Of a stretch of DNA of 64,000 nucleotides, positions 18,778-29,727 are shown in pieces. Position numbers and translations under genes: made by a program. Below the pieces are notes generated by a model that saw only the letters and a program-made list of their open reading frames with translations, did not search any database and had not been told where the DNA came from. Every line of letters begins with the position of its first letter. The stretch's first letter is position 1. The DNA comes from an uncultured Hyphomicrobiales bacterium (lineage in GTDB: Bacteria; Bacteroidota; Ignavibacteria; Kapaibacteriales; UBA2268): assembly GCA_964513465.1 (NCBI GenBank), contig CAZEMR010000001.1, positions 81,037-145,036 of the forward strand. Reading direction: 5' to 3'.

Positions 18778-21279
18778 TTACATCATTGACTGCTGTCCGG
18801 ATTCGTCTTCTGAAAAGTTCTGATCGTTGCCATTCACATCGTCGTCATTATCGTTTTCGCGGGAGACAGTCGTAATATCTGCAATGCTATCACCTTCGTC
18901 AAGTCTTATAAGCCTGACGCCCTGAGTATTGCGGCCAATTGTGCGAATGTCCTTCACAGGCTGGCGGATTAATACCCCGTGCTGAGTCATGACTACGAGG
19001 TCTTCGGTATCGACCGCCGAAAGCATCCTGACCACGCGACCGGTTTTTGGTGTAACATTCATAGATATTACACCCTTGGCGCCGCGCCTTGTAAGGCGGA
19101 AGTCCTCGTATCGTGTTCGTTTGCCATAGCCGTTTTCGCCGACGACAATTATCTGAGCATCCGGTCTCATTATGGCGACCATCGATACCACCTTGTCGCT
19201 GCGATCCAGCGAGATTCCCTTTACCCCTGCGGCGGCTCTGCCCATAGGCCGGACGTCGCTCTCGCGGAACCGGCAAGCCAGACCATTCATTGTGCCGAGG
19301 ATAATATCGCTCCGGCCATCTGTCATACGGCATTTAATAAGGCGGTCGCCTTCATTCAGATTAATCGCGATAATACCGTTGACCCTTACATTGGCGAACG
19401 CCGAAAGCTCGGTTTTTTTAACGATGCCTTTTTTGGTAGCCATCAAAACATAGCCCTCGCTGAAATCCTTCACCACAAGGTAGGTCTGCAGGTTTTCATC
19501 TTTGGATTTCTGAATAATATTGGCAATCGAGCGGCCTTTGGCGTTGCGGCTGCCCTCGGGCAGATCGTATACCTTAAGCCGGTAGCATCGGCCGAGATCG
19601 GTAAAGAACAGCAGATTGAAATGCGTCGATGCCTGGAATACGTGCTCAACGAAGTCATCCTCGTAAGTGCCGATTCCGCTGGCGCCGCGTCCGCCCTTAA
19701 GCTGACGCCGATAGCTGGTCACCGGGGTGCGCTTTATGAAGCCCTTGTGAGTAATCGTTACAATCACATCTTCATTGGCAATCATGTCCTCGACTGTGAA
19801 TTCCTGAGAATTATGAACAATCTCGGTGCGGCGTTCGTCGCCGTATTTTTTCTCGATTTCGTCGAGTTCTTCGCTGATCATCTGCATCTGAAGTTCTTTA
19901 CTGGCCAGAATTGCTTTCAGCTTTTCGATTGTTCTGATTAATTCTTTATATTCTTCCTGAATCTTTTCTCGCTCGAGGCCGGTAAGCCTCTGCAAGCGCA
20001 TGTCGAGGATTGCTTTTGCCTGCACTTCTGTGAATTCAAAGCGCTTCTGCAATTTTTCGCTTGCGGTCGGGCCGTCTGGAGATTCTTTAATCAGCTTGAT
20101 TACCTCGTCGATATTATCAAGCGCAACAAGGAATCCCTCGAGAATATGTGCGCGTTTTTCGGCTGCATCGAGTTCATACTGAGTGCGGCGGACAATAACA
20201 GTATTGCGGTGTTTAATAAAATGCTGTATAATCTCTTTAAGATTAAGCACTTTCGGCATTCCGTCGACCAGCGCCAGCATGTTTGCGCCGAATGTAACCT
20301 GCATCTGGGTATGTTTATAAAGATTATTCAAAACGACCACCGGGTTGGCGTCGCGCTTGGTCTCAATATAAATGCGCATACCATCGCGATCGGATTCGTC
20401 GCGGATGTCAGAAATACCTTCGAGAGTTTTTTGGCGCACAAGATCGGCAATTTTTTCGATCAGCGCAGCTTTGTTGACCTGGTAGGGGAGTTCGGTAACG
20501 ATTATGGACTCCTTGTTGCCCTTCATCTCTTCGATCTGAGCGCGGGCGCGGACGATAATCCTGCCGCGTCCGGTCGTATAGCACTCCTTAACTCCCTGAT
20601 ATCCATATATAATACCGCCGGTGGGGAAATCCGGAGCGGGGATATGCTTCATAATTTCTTCCGGCTCGATTTCCGGATTCCCGATAACCGAACGGATACC
20701 ATTACAGACCTCTATAAGGTTATGCGGCGGCACATTTGTAGCCATACCAACAGCAATTCCGCTCGAACCATTCAGCAGCAGAAGCGGCAGAACAGTAGGA
20801 AGAATAATCGGCTCTTCGAGCGATTCGTCAAAATTAGGACGGAAATCGACAGTATTTTTGTCGATATCCTTAAGCGCTTCGGCTGTAATTTGTGCAAGCC
20901 GGGTCTCGGTATATCGCATAGCCGCGGCCGAATCGCCGTCGACCGAGCCATAATTGCCCTGGCCATCCACAAGAGGGTAACGCATCGACCACGGCTGGGC
21001 CATACGTACCATTGCGTCGTATACCGCGCTGTCGCCATGGGGATGATACTTACCGAGCACCTCGCCGACGAGGCGGGCGGATTTTTTATATGGGCGATTG
21101 TTGTGCAATCCGAGGTCGTGCATCGCATATAGAATGCGCCGGTGGACGGGCTTCAGGCCGTCGCGCACATCCGGAAGCGCTCGCGATACGATAACCGACA
21201 TAGAATAATCGAGATACGAATCCTGCATCTCGTTTTCGAGCAAAGTGGGGATTATTTGTTCCCTGCCAATTAATGCCAT
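18778..21279 (-). CDS. gyrA: DNA gyrase subunit A
   Basis: [18 protein letters not shown], catalytic AAMRY, GyrA-box-like QLKGGRG, beta-pinwheel repeats, acidic tail. Confidence 0.97.
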   Translation of the reverse strand: MALIGREQIIPTLLENEMQDSYLDYSMSVIVSRALPDVRDGLKPVHRRILYAMHDLGLHNNRPYKKSARLVGEVLGKYHPHGDSAVYDAMVRMAQPWSMRYPLVDGQGNYGSVDGDSAAAMRYTETRLAQITAEALKDIDKNTVDFRPNFDESLEEPIILPTVLPLLLLNGSSGIAVGMATNVPPHNLIEVCNGIRSVIGNPEIEPEEIMKHIPAPDFPTGGIIYGYQGVKECYTTGRGRIIVRARAQIEEMKGNKESIIVTELPYQVNKAALIEKIADLVRQKTLEGISDIRDESDRDGMRIYIETKRDANPVVVLNNLYKHTQMQVTFGANMLALVDGMPKVLNLKEIIQHFIKHRNTVIVRRTQYELDAAEKRAHILEGFLVALDNIDEVIKLIKESPDGPTASEKLQKRFEFTEVQAKAILDMRLQRLTGLEREKIQEEYKELIRTIEKLKAILASKELQMQMISEELDEIEKKYGDERRTEIVHNSQEFTVEDMIANEDVIVTITHKGFIKRTPVTSYRRQLKGGRGASGIGTYEDDFVEHVFQASTHFNLLFFTDLGRCYRLKVYDLPEGSRNAKGRSIANIIQKSKDENLQTYLVVKDFSEGYVLMATKKGIVKKTELSAFANVRVNGIIAINLNEGDRLIKCRMTDGRSDIILGTMNGLACRFRESDVRPMGRAAAGVKGISLDRSDKVVSMVAIMRPDAQIIVVGENGYGKRTRYEDFRLTRRGAKGVISMNVTPKTGRVVRMLSAVDTEDLVVMTQHGVLIRQPVKDIRTIGRNTQGVRLIRLDEGDSIADITTVSRENDNDDDVNGNDQNFSEDESGQQSMM

Positions 21280-21316
21280 GTTGAATTATTTCTATATGTT
21301 AATAAGATAACGTATT

Positions 21317-21324
21317 CAAACTTA
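21317..21324 (-). promoter_or_regulatory. Bacteroidota-type -7 promoter box (TAAGTTTG) upstream of gyrA
   Basis: CAAACTTA on the + strand, 37 nt upstream of the gyrA ATG; the same TAnnTTTG motif recurs before many operons here. Confidence 0.6.
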
Positions 21325-21492
21325 CAAAAATACGGATTTTTTGATGAAAATGAGAACATTTTCTGAAATTAATATTGCAAAACCGCGAATTAAAATCAAC
21401 CGAAAATTATATCAAATAATTCTTATAAACGATTGATAATTATATATATTATGAAATGACGGACAAAAACATCCAGGTATTTATCCACAATT

Positions 21493-21528
21493 AAAAAGCG
21501 CACTATCCCGGCAAGGGAAAATGCGCTT
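21493..21528 (-). terminator. Intrinsic terminator of the atp operon
   Basis: Minus strand AAGCGCATTTTCCC-TTGCC-GGGATAGTGCGCTT-TTT, 24 nt after the atpG stop. Confidence 0.75.
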
Positions 21529-21552
21529 CAGAAAAAATCAAAATATTGTTAC

Positions 21553-22443
21553 TTATCCGCGTTTTAACGCATTGGCACCGCTTACGATTTCGAGCATCTC
21601 GGTTGTGATTGCCGATTGGCGTTCTTTATTATATATCAATTCGAGATGTTTGATCAGGTCTTCGGCATTGGTGGTGGCGTTGTCCATTGCCATCATGCGT
21701 GCGGCCTGTTCGGCAGCGCTTGATTCGAGCAAAGCGCGCCAGACCATGTTGTCCAGGTTCTTGGGTAACAGCTCATCAAGTATCAGGTCTTTGCGCGGTT
21801 CAAAAATGTAATCGGCAACTGTGCCTGATTTGTCTTCTGATGAAGCTTTGGGTTCGATAGGGAGTATTTGTTTAATCGTCGGAGACTGGCGAACCACACT
21901 TACAAATTCATTATAGAACAGAAGAACTTTGTCGATATCTCTGTTTATAAACTTGTGCGAAATCACACTTACAATGGATTTAGCAGTATTGAAGTTCAGA
22001 TCGGCGAAAACATTTGTATATTTTTCGATAATGGGATAATCGCGTTTTTCGAAGAAAGAGCAAGTCCGGTTGCCAACCGGAATAATTCTTCCGTGGGCTT
22101 CAGGATATTGTTCGCGAAATTCACTTTTCAAATAGGCTGTAACAGTCCTGAATAGGTTGGAATTGAAGCTGCCGCAGAGCCCTCGGTCGGCAGCAATAAC
22201 GACAACAGCAACATTGCTGATATCATTTCTGACCTCGATCAGGGGATGGGAATAATCTTCGCCTACGGCGGCAACCAGGTTCGAGAGCATTTCTTCGAGT
22301 TTTTCGAAGTAGGGGCGTGCCGATTCTATCGAACGCTGGGCGCGTTTCAGTTTTGCGGCCGAAACCATCTTCATCGCCTGGGTGATTTTAGCGGTGTTCT
22401 TGACGCCTGAAATTCTTCTTTTTATGTCGCGAAGTGTTGCCAT
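21553..22443 (-). CDS. atpG: F1F0 ATP synthase gamma subunit
   Basis: KITQAMKMVSAAKL, DRGLCGSFN, ARMMAMDNATTNA, RQSAITTEMLEIVSGA. Confidence 0.98.
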   Translation of the reverse strand: MATLRDIKRRISGVKNTAKITQAMKMVSAAKLKRAQRSIESARPYFEKLEEMLSNLVAAVGEDYSHPLIEVRNDISNVAVVVIAADRGLCGSFNSNLFRTVTAYLKSEFREQYPEAHGRIIPVGNRTCSFFEKRDYPIIEKYTNVFADLNFNTAKSIVSVISHKFINRDIDKVLLFYNEFVSVVRQSPTIKQILPIEPKASSEDKSGTVADYIFEPRKDLILDELLPKNLDNMVWRALLESSAAEQAARMMAMDNATTNAEDLIKHLELIYNKERQSAITTEMLEIVSGANALKRG

Positions 22444-22487
22444 TATTCGAAATCCTTGGATTAAGTAATTTGACTAATTTGTTGAAA

Positions 22488-23453
22488 TTAAATATATATC
22501 CAATCGCTGAGCAAATAATTACGCACATAATCTTTTATCGATTGTTCCAGCGAGGTGAAGCTTCCGGCAAGGCCGCTGGCCATAAGTTTATCCGTATCCG
22601 CTTCGGTGAAATACTGATATTGATTGACCAGCTCCGGTGGCATATCAATATATTGAATATCAACCGGTCTCTCCATTGCTTTGAATACAGCCGTTGCAAG
22701 GTCGTTCCAGGTTCTGGCGTTACCAGTGCCGAGATTGTATATACCGGATATATCAGGATTTTTGTATGCATTCCAGATTACATCGACGACGTCTTTTATA
22801 TAAATAAAGTCGCGCTTTTGCTCGCCATCTTTATAATCAGGGCGATAGGAGCGGAACAGCTTTACCCGGCCGGTGTCACGAATCTGCAGAAACGACCGAA
22901 AGACCATGCTCGCCATATTGCCTTTGTGGTATTCGTTCGGCCCGAAAACATTAAAGAATTTGAAGCCGGTGAAATGCTTGTCATATTCATTATCAAGCGC
23001 CCAAAGATCGAACAGATGCTTCGAGAGGCCATATGGATTCAACGGACGAAGGTCGTCGAATATTCTATCGGAATATCCCTGGCTGCCGTCGCCGTAAGTG
23101 GCTGCGCTGCTTGCATATATGAGTTTAACGTCATTGCTCAGCGCATAATCGGCAATTTCTTTGCTGTAGGACAGATTATTGTCCATCAGATAATCCGCAT
23201 CGCGTTCGGTTGTATCGGTGCATGCGCCAAGATGGATAAAAGTATCGATCATGCCGTCATATTCGCCTGCGGCCAGTCTGATCCGGAAATCTTCCTTATG
23301 GCAATAATCCATAATTCTCTTGCCGACCAGATTTTTCCATTTGCTTCCGGAGTGCAGATGGTCGACAGCGAGGACATCTGTGATGCCCTCGTTGTTTAAT
23401 TTTTGCAACATGCAGGATCCGATAAATCCTGCTCCTCCGGTAAGTACTATCAT
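22488..23453 (-). CDS. hldD: ADP-L-glycero-D-manno-heptose 6-epimerase
   Basis: TGGAGFIGS, HLGACTDTTE, YASSAATYG, YGLSK, FNVFGPNEYHKG.MAS, QKRDFIY, YQYFTEAD. Confidence 0.93.
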   Translation of the reverse strand: MIVLTGGAGFIGSCMLQKLNNEGITDVLAVDHLHSGSKWKNLVGKRIMDYCHKEDFRIRLAAGEYDGMIDTFIHLGACTDTTERDADYLMDNNLSYSKEIADYALSNDVKLIYASSAATYGDGSQGYSDRIFDDLRPLNPYGLSKHLFDLWALDNEYDKHFTGFKFFNVFGPNEYHKGNMASMVFRSFLQIRDTGRVKLFRSYRPDYKDGEQKRDFIYIKDVVDVIWNAYKNPDISGIYNLGTGNARTWNDLATAVFKAMERPVDIQYIDMPPELVNQYQYFTEADTDKLMASGLAGSFTSLEQSIKDYVRNYLLSDWIYI

Positions 23454-23456
23454 AAC

Positions 23457-25007
<1,551 letters not shown>

Positions 25008-25058
25008 TTTTTAACCTTTATTATTAAAATAATCTGTTATTATCATAATTTATGTATA

Positions 25059-25598
25059 TCAATTTTTTGCGAGCGTATGATATAGGACGTCAAGCTGGTT
25101 TTTCAGCGTGGCGTCGAATATCCAGTCCTCGATTTCCACCTTAAGTCCGCCTTTCAGCGAAGAATCCACAGCATAGGAGGGGAGGACAGTTTTTTCGGTC
25201 CAGAGGCTGATTTTTCCGGCGATCTTTTCTTTGAGATCATTTGAAAGCTCGACCGCTGAGACCACTTTAATCGGTAATCGGTTGTTGCGTTTGTTGAAAA
25301 TTCTGCGATATTGCTCAATTATATCAAAAATCAGAGATTCTCTTTTTTTATCTGCAAGAAGCAGCAGGAATTGCAGCGTAATTTTTGAAATCTTCGTTTC
25401 GAATATTTCCGAAATCACTTTCTTTTTCTGCCAGTTATAAATAACCGGGCTTTCGATCATCGTCCGAAAATCGTGGGATTTTTCGGCGACCCGCGAGATA
25501 TATTCGAGGTCTTTCAGTATTTCCTCGGTAGCAGCCTGGTCTTTAGCTGCGTCAAGCAAGGCCCGGGCATATCTTGCCGAAACACGCTGTTCAGTCAT
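25059..25598 (-). CDS. atpH: F1F0 ATP synthase delta subunit
   Basis: RYARAL, SAVEL, VD.SL.GG; position in the operon. Confidence 0.95.
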   Translation of the reverse strand: MTEQRVSARYARALLDAAKDQAATEEILKDLEYISRVAEKSHDFRTMIESPVIYNWQKKKVISEIFETKISKITLQFLLLLADKKRESLIFDIIEQYRRIFNKRNNRLPIKVVSAVELSNDLKEKIAGKISLWTEKTVLPSYAVDSSLKGGLKVEIEDWIFDATLKNQLDVLYHTLAKN

Positions 25599-25611
25599 GG
25601 TTTATCACTAA

Positions 25612-26106
25612 TTAGTTTTTGGGAATCTTTTCAATATAATTTTCAACCAGTTTAATATGTTTGTCTTTGTCCAGCTTTTCCTCGAGCAGTTTTTCGGTGG
25701 CTTCGACCACAAGGCCTGCGACCTCGGTGCGAAGTTCCTGAATAGCGGCTTCTTTGCTGCGTTCGATTTCGCGTTTGGCTTCTTCCACCTTCTGGCGCTT
25801 GGCTTTTTCGGCTTCGTCGGTGGCGCGGCGTATTTGCGCTTCGGCCTGTTCGCGTCCCTGGCGAACGATTTCGGCCATTTCCTGCTGGGCGTTGTCGAGC
25901 TTCTGCTGGCTTTCCGCGAGCAGTTTCTGGGCCTGATTGTTGGCTTTTTCCGCATTGTCGATAGCCGTATTGATGCGGTCTTCGCGAGCATTCAGGCTGT
26001 TGACAATCGGTTTGACGCCGAATTTGACCAAAAGGATCAGCAGGATGAGAAAATTGATGATAGTCCAGATCATCAATCCCGGCGATACATTCAGCAGATT
26101 TTCCAT
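25612..26106 (-). CDS. atpF: F1F0 ATP synthase b subunit
   Basis: Single N-terminal TM followed by a long Ala/Glu/Lys coiled coil. Confidence 0.96.
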   Translation of the reverse strand: MENLLNVSPGLMIWTIINFLILLILLVKFGVKPIVNSLNAREDRINTAIDNAEKANNQAQKLLAESQQKLDNAQQEMAEIVRQGREQAEAQIRRATDEAEKAKRQKVEEAKREIERSKEAAIQELRTEVAGLVVEATEKLLEEKLDKDKHIKLVENYIEKIPKN

Positions 26107-26164
26107 TTCTAACCTTTTCCAGATGGATTATAAATATATTATATTTTTTTGTTTTCCTGATATT

Positions 26165-26201
26165 CGCCGTTCCCGCGCCGTGGTCCGACGCGGGATTGGC
26201 G
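26165..26201 (-). promoter_or_regulatory. GC-rich intercistronic hairpin between atpE and atpF
   Basis: Minus strand CGCC-AA-TCCCGCGTCG-GACCA-CGGCGCGGGA-AC-GGCG; no U-tract follows. Confidence 0.6.
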
Positions 26202-26239
26202 CAATAATTCAGCTTCGGGGTAGCCTGCCGCTTGCGGTT

Positions 26240-26467
26240 TTATTTGATTGCGAGCATAAGGCAAATAACCGCGGCGAACAGCGCAACACCTTCGATAAGA
26301 GCGGCGGCGATAATCATCGTCGTACGAAAATCGCCTGCTGCTTCCGGCTGACGTCCGCTGGCTTCGAGAGCTGCTGCGGCAAGACGTCCGATACCAAGAC
26401 CTGCTCCAAGCACTGTGAAGCCTGCACCGAGGCCGGCTGCCAAAAACGCAAATGAGGTTGCTTCCAT
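26240..26467 (-). CDS. atpE: F1F0 ATP synthase c subunit (H+-type signature)
   Basis: GAGLGIG, RQPE loop, carboxylate in LIEGV; no Na+ motif (Q...ES/T). Confidence 0.97.
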   Translation of the reverse strand: MEATSFAFLAAGLGAGFTVLGAGLGIGRLAAAALEASGRQPEAAGDFRTTMIIAAALIEGVALFAAVICLMLAIK

Positions 26468-26517
26468 TATGTTACTCCGAGTTTTAATAAAAAAAATAGT
26501 TCGACAAAACTCTGTAT

Positions 26518-27600
26518 TTATACCAGTGTTGTTGTTTCTTCGTGATGCTCTTCATGCCCGTGATCGCCTATCGCAAGGCCTACGAATACTGCCGTAAGGA
26601 TAGTGAATATGTATGCCTGGATGAATCCGACAAGTATTTCGAGTGCATATATAAATAATGAAAATCCTACGGAAATCGGCGATATTGCAAGAGACTGGAA
26701 GAAGAATATCAGGCCGACCAGACAAAGCAGCACCACATGCCCAGCGGTCATGTTCGCAAAAAGACGAACGGTGAGCGCAAACGGCTTGGTGAACATCGAG
26801 AGTATCTCGATCGGGATCATGATAAACGCCAGCCACCAGGGCGCGCCGCCCAGAAGGTGCTTCAGCCAGTTGCCCACGCCGATCTCCTTTATCGCTGTGC
26901 CGTTAATCACAAGGAATGCAGTTACCGCAAGCGCTGCTGTTACGGCCAGATTACCGGTGGCGGAGTGTCCGCCCGGTACCAGCCCCGTCAGGTTCATCAC
27001 CAGAATAAAGAAAAACAGGACAATAAAGTAGGGGAGCAGAGATTTGGCTAAACGCTCTCCGCCAACGTTCGGCCGGACGATTTCGTCGCGCACGTAAACG
27101 AATACGGATTCTATCATATTCTGGAATCCGTGGGGCGCTTTGGTCGGATTCTTTTTATATTTGCGGCCGACCAGGCCGAATCCCACCAGCAGCACAAGCA
27201 TTGCTATCCATTCGAACACTACAAGCGAGGTAACGGATAAATCCAAAGCTACGGGCTGATGGTCTTCTGTGCGGACAATGTGGTGGTGCGAAACAGTAAA
27301 CTGTCCGGACTCGTTCATACTCTCCGTATTCGAATAAAAGTGGAGTCCGTCGTCGTAAATAATTTTGGGAAGATCGAAATGGAAAACATGATAGAAGCCA
27401 ATCTGGGAGTGATCTCCGAGATTTTCGCTGAGAATCTGAGAAAAAACGCTGGGTTCGTCGATAGACTGATCTTCGACAAGCTCTAATTCGGCCCCGCCGC
27501 TTACATTATCGGCCGAGGGCGATTGTTCGGAGTGCGTTGATTGATGAGCGGCTTCTTCGGTGTTTTCTGCGATCAACTGGTTCAATTGTTCTTGAGCCAT
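26518..27600 (-). CDS. atpB: F1F0 ATP synthase a subunit with long N-terminal extension
   Basis: KPFALTVRLFANMTAGH, LEILVGFIQAYIFTIL. ATG at 27600 preferred to TTG at 27609. Confidence 0.96.
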   Translation of the reverse strand: MAQEQLNQLIAENTEEAAHQSTHSEQSPSADNVSGGAELELVEDQSIDEPSVFSQILSENLGDHSQIGFYHVFHFDLPKIIYDDGLHFYSNTESMNESGQFTVSHHHIVRTEDHQPVALDLSVTSLVVFEWIAMLVLLVGFGLVGRKYKKNPTKAPHGFQNMIESVFVYVRDEIVRPNVGGERLAKSLLPYFIVLFFFILVMNLTGLVPGGHSATGNLAVTAALAVTAFLVINGTAIKEIGVGNWLKHLLGGAPWWLAFIMIPIEILSMFTKPFALTVRLFANMTAGHVVLLCLVGLIFFFQSLAISPISVGFSLFIYALEILVGFIQAYIFTILTAVFVGLAIGDHGHEEHHEETTTLV

Positions 27601-27605
27601 AAAGT

Positions 27606-27923
27606 TCAATCCTGCGATTTAGTTATATCTTTTTTTTGCTTAATCAGCTTTTTAGAAAATCGGTTAATATATAATACCTCGAGCAGAATGCTGACAAAGC
27701 AGGCAATCAAAAAGCTCAGGGCAAATACCGTTTTTTCTGATCCGTATATCATAAGGCCGGCCCAAATTAAGCCTGCCATAATGAAAAATCTGATTACCAG
27801 CGAACCGAGGACTATTTTACTGAACTTTTCGTCCCCCCGTCGCGAAGCACTTTTCAGGATTATCACCGCTGCTGCCGAATTTGCCGCACAAATTATAACG
27901 GCTGCCAATACCGGTGAAATCAT
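27606..27923 (-). CDS. AtpI-like small membrane protein
   Basis: About three TM helices; lies directly upstream of atpB. Confidence 0.7.
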   Translation of the reverse strand: MISPVLAAVIICAANSAAAVIILKSASRRGDEKFSKIVLGSLVIRFFIMAGLIWAGLMIYGSEKTVFALSFLIACFVSILLEVLYINRFSKKLIKQKKDITKSQD

Positions 27924-28177
27924 TTTTTATCTTTCCGGCCGGGTTTCTTTTTGTTTGCGTTTAGCACCGTTCTGATAAACGTAAACATACCGACCGCTAT
28001 TCCAAGCATAGAAAATGTAATTATCATCGCCGGTTCGGTGTCCCATTTTCCGTCAAGCCAGTATCCGATATATACGAATAGTCCGACTGTTATCGCAAGC
28101 TGCAGGCCGAGATTTACATAGGGCCCAATTTCTTTGGTCAGCTTTCGAGTTTCACGCCTTTTATATTGCTGTGACAC
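27920..28177 (-). CDS. AtpZ/AtpI family protein (first gene of atp operon)
   Basis: LGLQLA...IGYWLD.KW.T.P...LG two-TM pattern; GTG start; ATGA overlap with the next gene. Confidence 0.88.
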   Translation of the reverse strand: MSQQYKRRETRKLTKEIGPYVNLGLQLAITVGLFVYIGYWLDGKWDTEPAMIITFSMLGIAVGMFTFIRTVLNANKKKPGRKDKK

Positions 28178-28202
28178 CTGATACCATCTAACGTCGTTGT
28201 TG

Positions 28203-28234
28203 CAAAAATATACTTTTTGAATCCACTATACAAA
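28203..28234 (-). promoter_or_regulatory. Putative atp operon promoter (-33 TTTG / -7 TATTTTTG, 20-nt spacer)
   Basis: CAAAAATA at 28203-28210 and CAAA at 28231-28234 on the + strand match the Bacteroidota sigma-70 consensus and spacing. Confidence 0.6.
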
Positions 28235-28308
28235 TCTATTTATCCACTATTCGGATAAAATTAAATTCTGTAATCAATGTATTGTTAATTTCACGCAAAT
28301 GTGCTTTT

Positions 28309-29652
28309 CTAAAAGCCCAGTTCCATCAAATGGCGCAATATATCTACCTTATATATATTACGTGTTTCGCCATACCAGATGTTGTCCGGCACCAGTACAA
28401 GCGAGCCATACGAAGACGGATTCAGCGAAAAGAAGTCCGACGTGGCTATCTCTGTTGCTTCTTCCGGACGGAATTCGTTGTCAATATCATTAAGCACTAT
28501 TGTACAGCCGAATTCGGTAACTTCGTCGTTTTCCACCGGAGTAGTCTGGAATCCGAGCAGCATAAACGGCACTTTGAATTTAAGCACATACCCGCCTTCG
28601 CGCAGATTGGCGACTGATTTGAGGCTTCTCGATGCAATTTTCTGGAAGCCTTCGAGCTCTTCGGTGGTGCTGATCTTTATGTTGGATTTTTGCACTAGAA
28701 AATCACCCGGAAATACAGAAATACAGAATATGCCCCAATCTGTGGCGTTCCGGAATTTGATTTGATTATCGCGGTACGATGCAAATCGCCCGCCAACCGG
28801 ATCGGGCGGGAACAGATCGAGCCATAAGTCCACACGGTCTCCGGCGCAGCTGTCGCAACGCGGCTGAACAATAGAGTCGTCGTTGACTTCGACTGTGAAA
28901 TATATAAATTCATCGTCATATGCGGATTTGACCCGGAATGATGCGTCTTCGGCGCCGTCCCAGTAGAACGCGCCCCTGTTAACATAGTCGATATAATCGG
29001 AATATACCTCGCTTGCATAGCCTTTGTATATTTTCCGGCCGCGCTGATATGATGGGATTGTCATGTAGTCGGCGTTGAATTCATCCTCGCCGGTCTGAGT
29101 GTAGAAATATCGTTCCGTATTGCGCAGGTCCTTGTAATTCCTGTAAGTTTCGCGAGTAAGTTTGCTTAGCCGCGTTGTGGTAAATTCATCGAGCAATATC
29201 ATTGCCCCGTTATCAAAAGTATAGCCGCGGATCACCCAGTTGAATTTTTCGCGTTTGCGGGTAACGTAGCAGGCGTTATTTTTAATCACCACTCCGATTT
29301 CGAGCGGGATTTCGTAATACTGATACTGGAACTGTCCGACTTCGGTCAGGTAGCCCTTGATGTCGGCAAACATATAAACGGTCACCATCCGCCGGCTTTC
29401 GTTGGCCAGCCGCACTGTGACAGCGCAGTCATAAAATCCGTCGCCGGTGAAGTCGCCCACATCCCAGCCCCAGATCGAATAGTCCGAACCCTGGGGTAGC
29501 TGGCGCCTGACGTCGCTGATCAGCTCTTTGGCGAAATATGGCTCGAGTCGTTGGGCCAGCTCGGCAAATTTAAGGCCGTTCTGAGCAAATGCGCCTGAAT
29601 TCGACAGAAAAATTAATAACAATATTGCAGGAATCAATCCGAGTTTTTTCAT
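28309..29652 (-). CDS. Exported hypothetical protein with FG-GAP-like motif and C-terminal CBM9/DOMON-like sugar-binding domain
   Basis: Signal peptide ending AFA; GDFTGDGFYD; AYDDEFIYFTVEVNDD...GDRVDL...GYVLKFKVPF...NDID. Confidence 0.6.
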   Translation of the reverse strand: MKKLGLIPAILLLIFLSNSGAFAQNGLKFAELAQRLEPYFAKELISDVRRQLPQGSDYSIWGWDVGDFTGDGFYDCAVTVRLANESRRMVTVYMFADIKGYLTEVGQFQYQYYEIPLEIGVVIKNNACYVTRKREKFNWVIRGYTFDNGAMILLDEFTTTRLSKLTRETYRNYKDLRNTERYFYTQTGEDEFNADYMTIPSYQRGRKIYKGYASEVYSDYIDYVNRGAFYWDGAEDASFRVKSAYDDEFIYFTVEVNDDSIVQPRCDSCAGDRVDLWLDLFPPDPVGGRFASYRDNQIKFRNATDWGIFCISVFPGDFLVQKSNIKISTTEELEGFQKIASRSLKSVANLREGGYVLKFKVPFMLLGFQTTPVENDEVTEFGCTIVLNDIDNEFRPEEATEIATSDFFSLNPSSYGSLVLVPDNIWYGETRNIYKVDILRHLMELGF

Positions 29653-29727
29653 AGTCTGATAACAAAATTATGCAATGAATAAATTATGCAAAGCTATATA
29701 CATTTCAATTTAATATATTCAAATCAA

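Noticed and set aside
21020-21055. Quinolone-resistance substitutions in gyrA
   Set aside because: The QRDR reads [10 protein letters not shown], with wild-type Ser and Asp.
18979-21132. Two ORFs of about 320 aa antisense to gyrA
   Set aside because: Shadow ORFs on the opposite strand of a conserved essential gene.
22434-23399. 321-aa + strand ORF antisense to hldD
   Set aside because: Codon-aligned shadow frame of a well-conserved gene; no recognisable motifs.
25608-25991. 127-aa same-strand alternative frame within atpF
   Set aside because: Arg/Lys/Pro-rich by-product of the Ala/Glu coiled-coil codons; no evidence of frameshifting.
26240-26467. Na+-translocating or N-type ATPase
   Set aside because: The c subunit lacks the Na+-binding residues, and a separate delta subunit and normal gene order are present. 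Absence of atpD/atpC here fits the split atp loci known in this lineage group.
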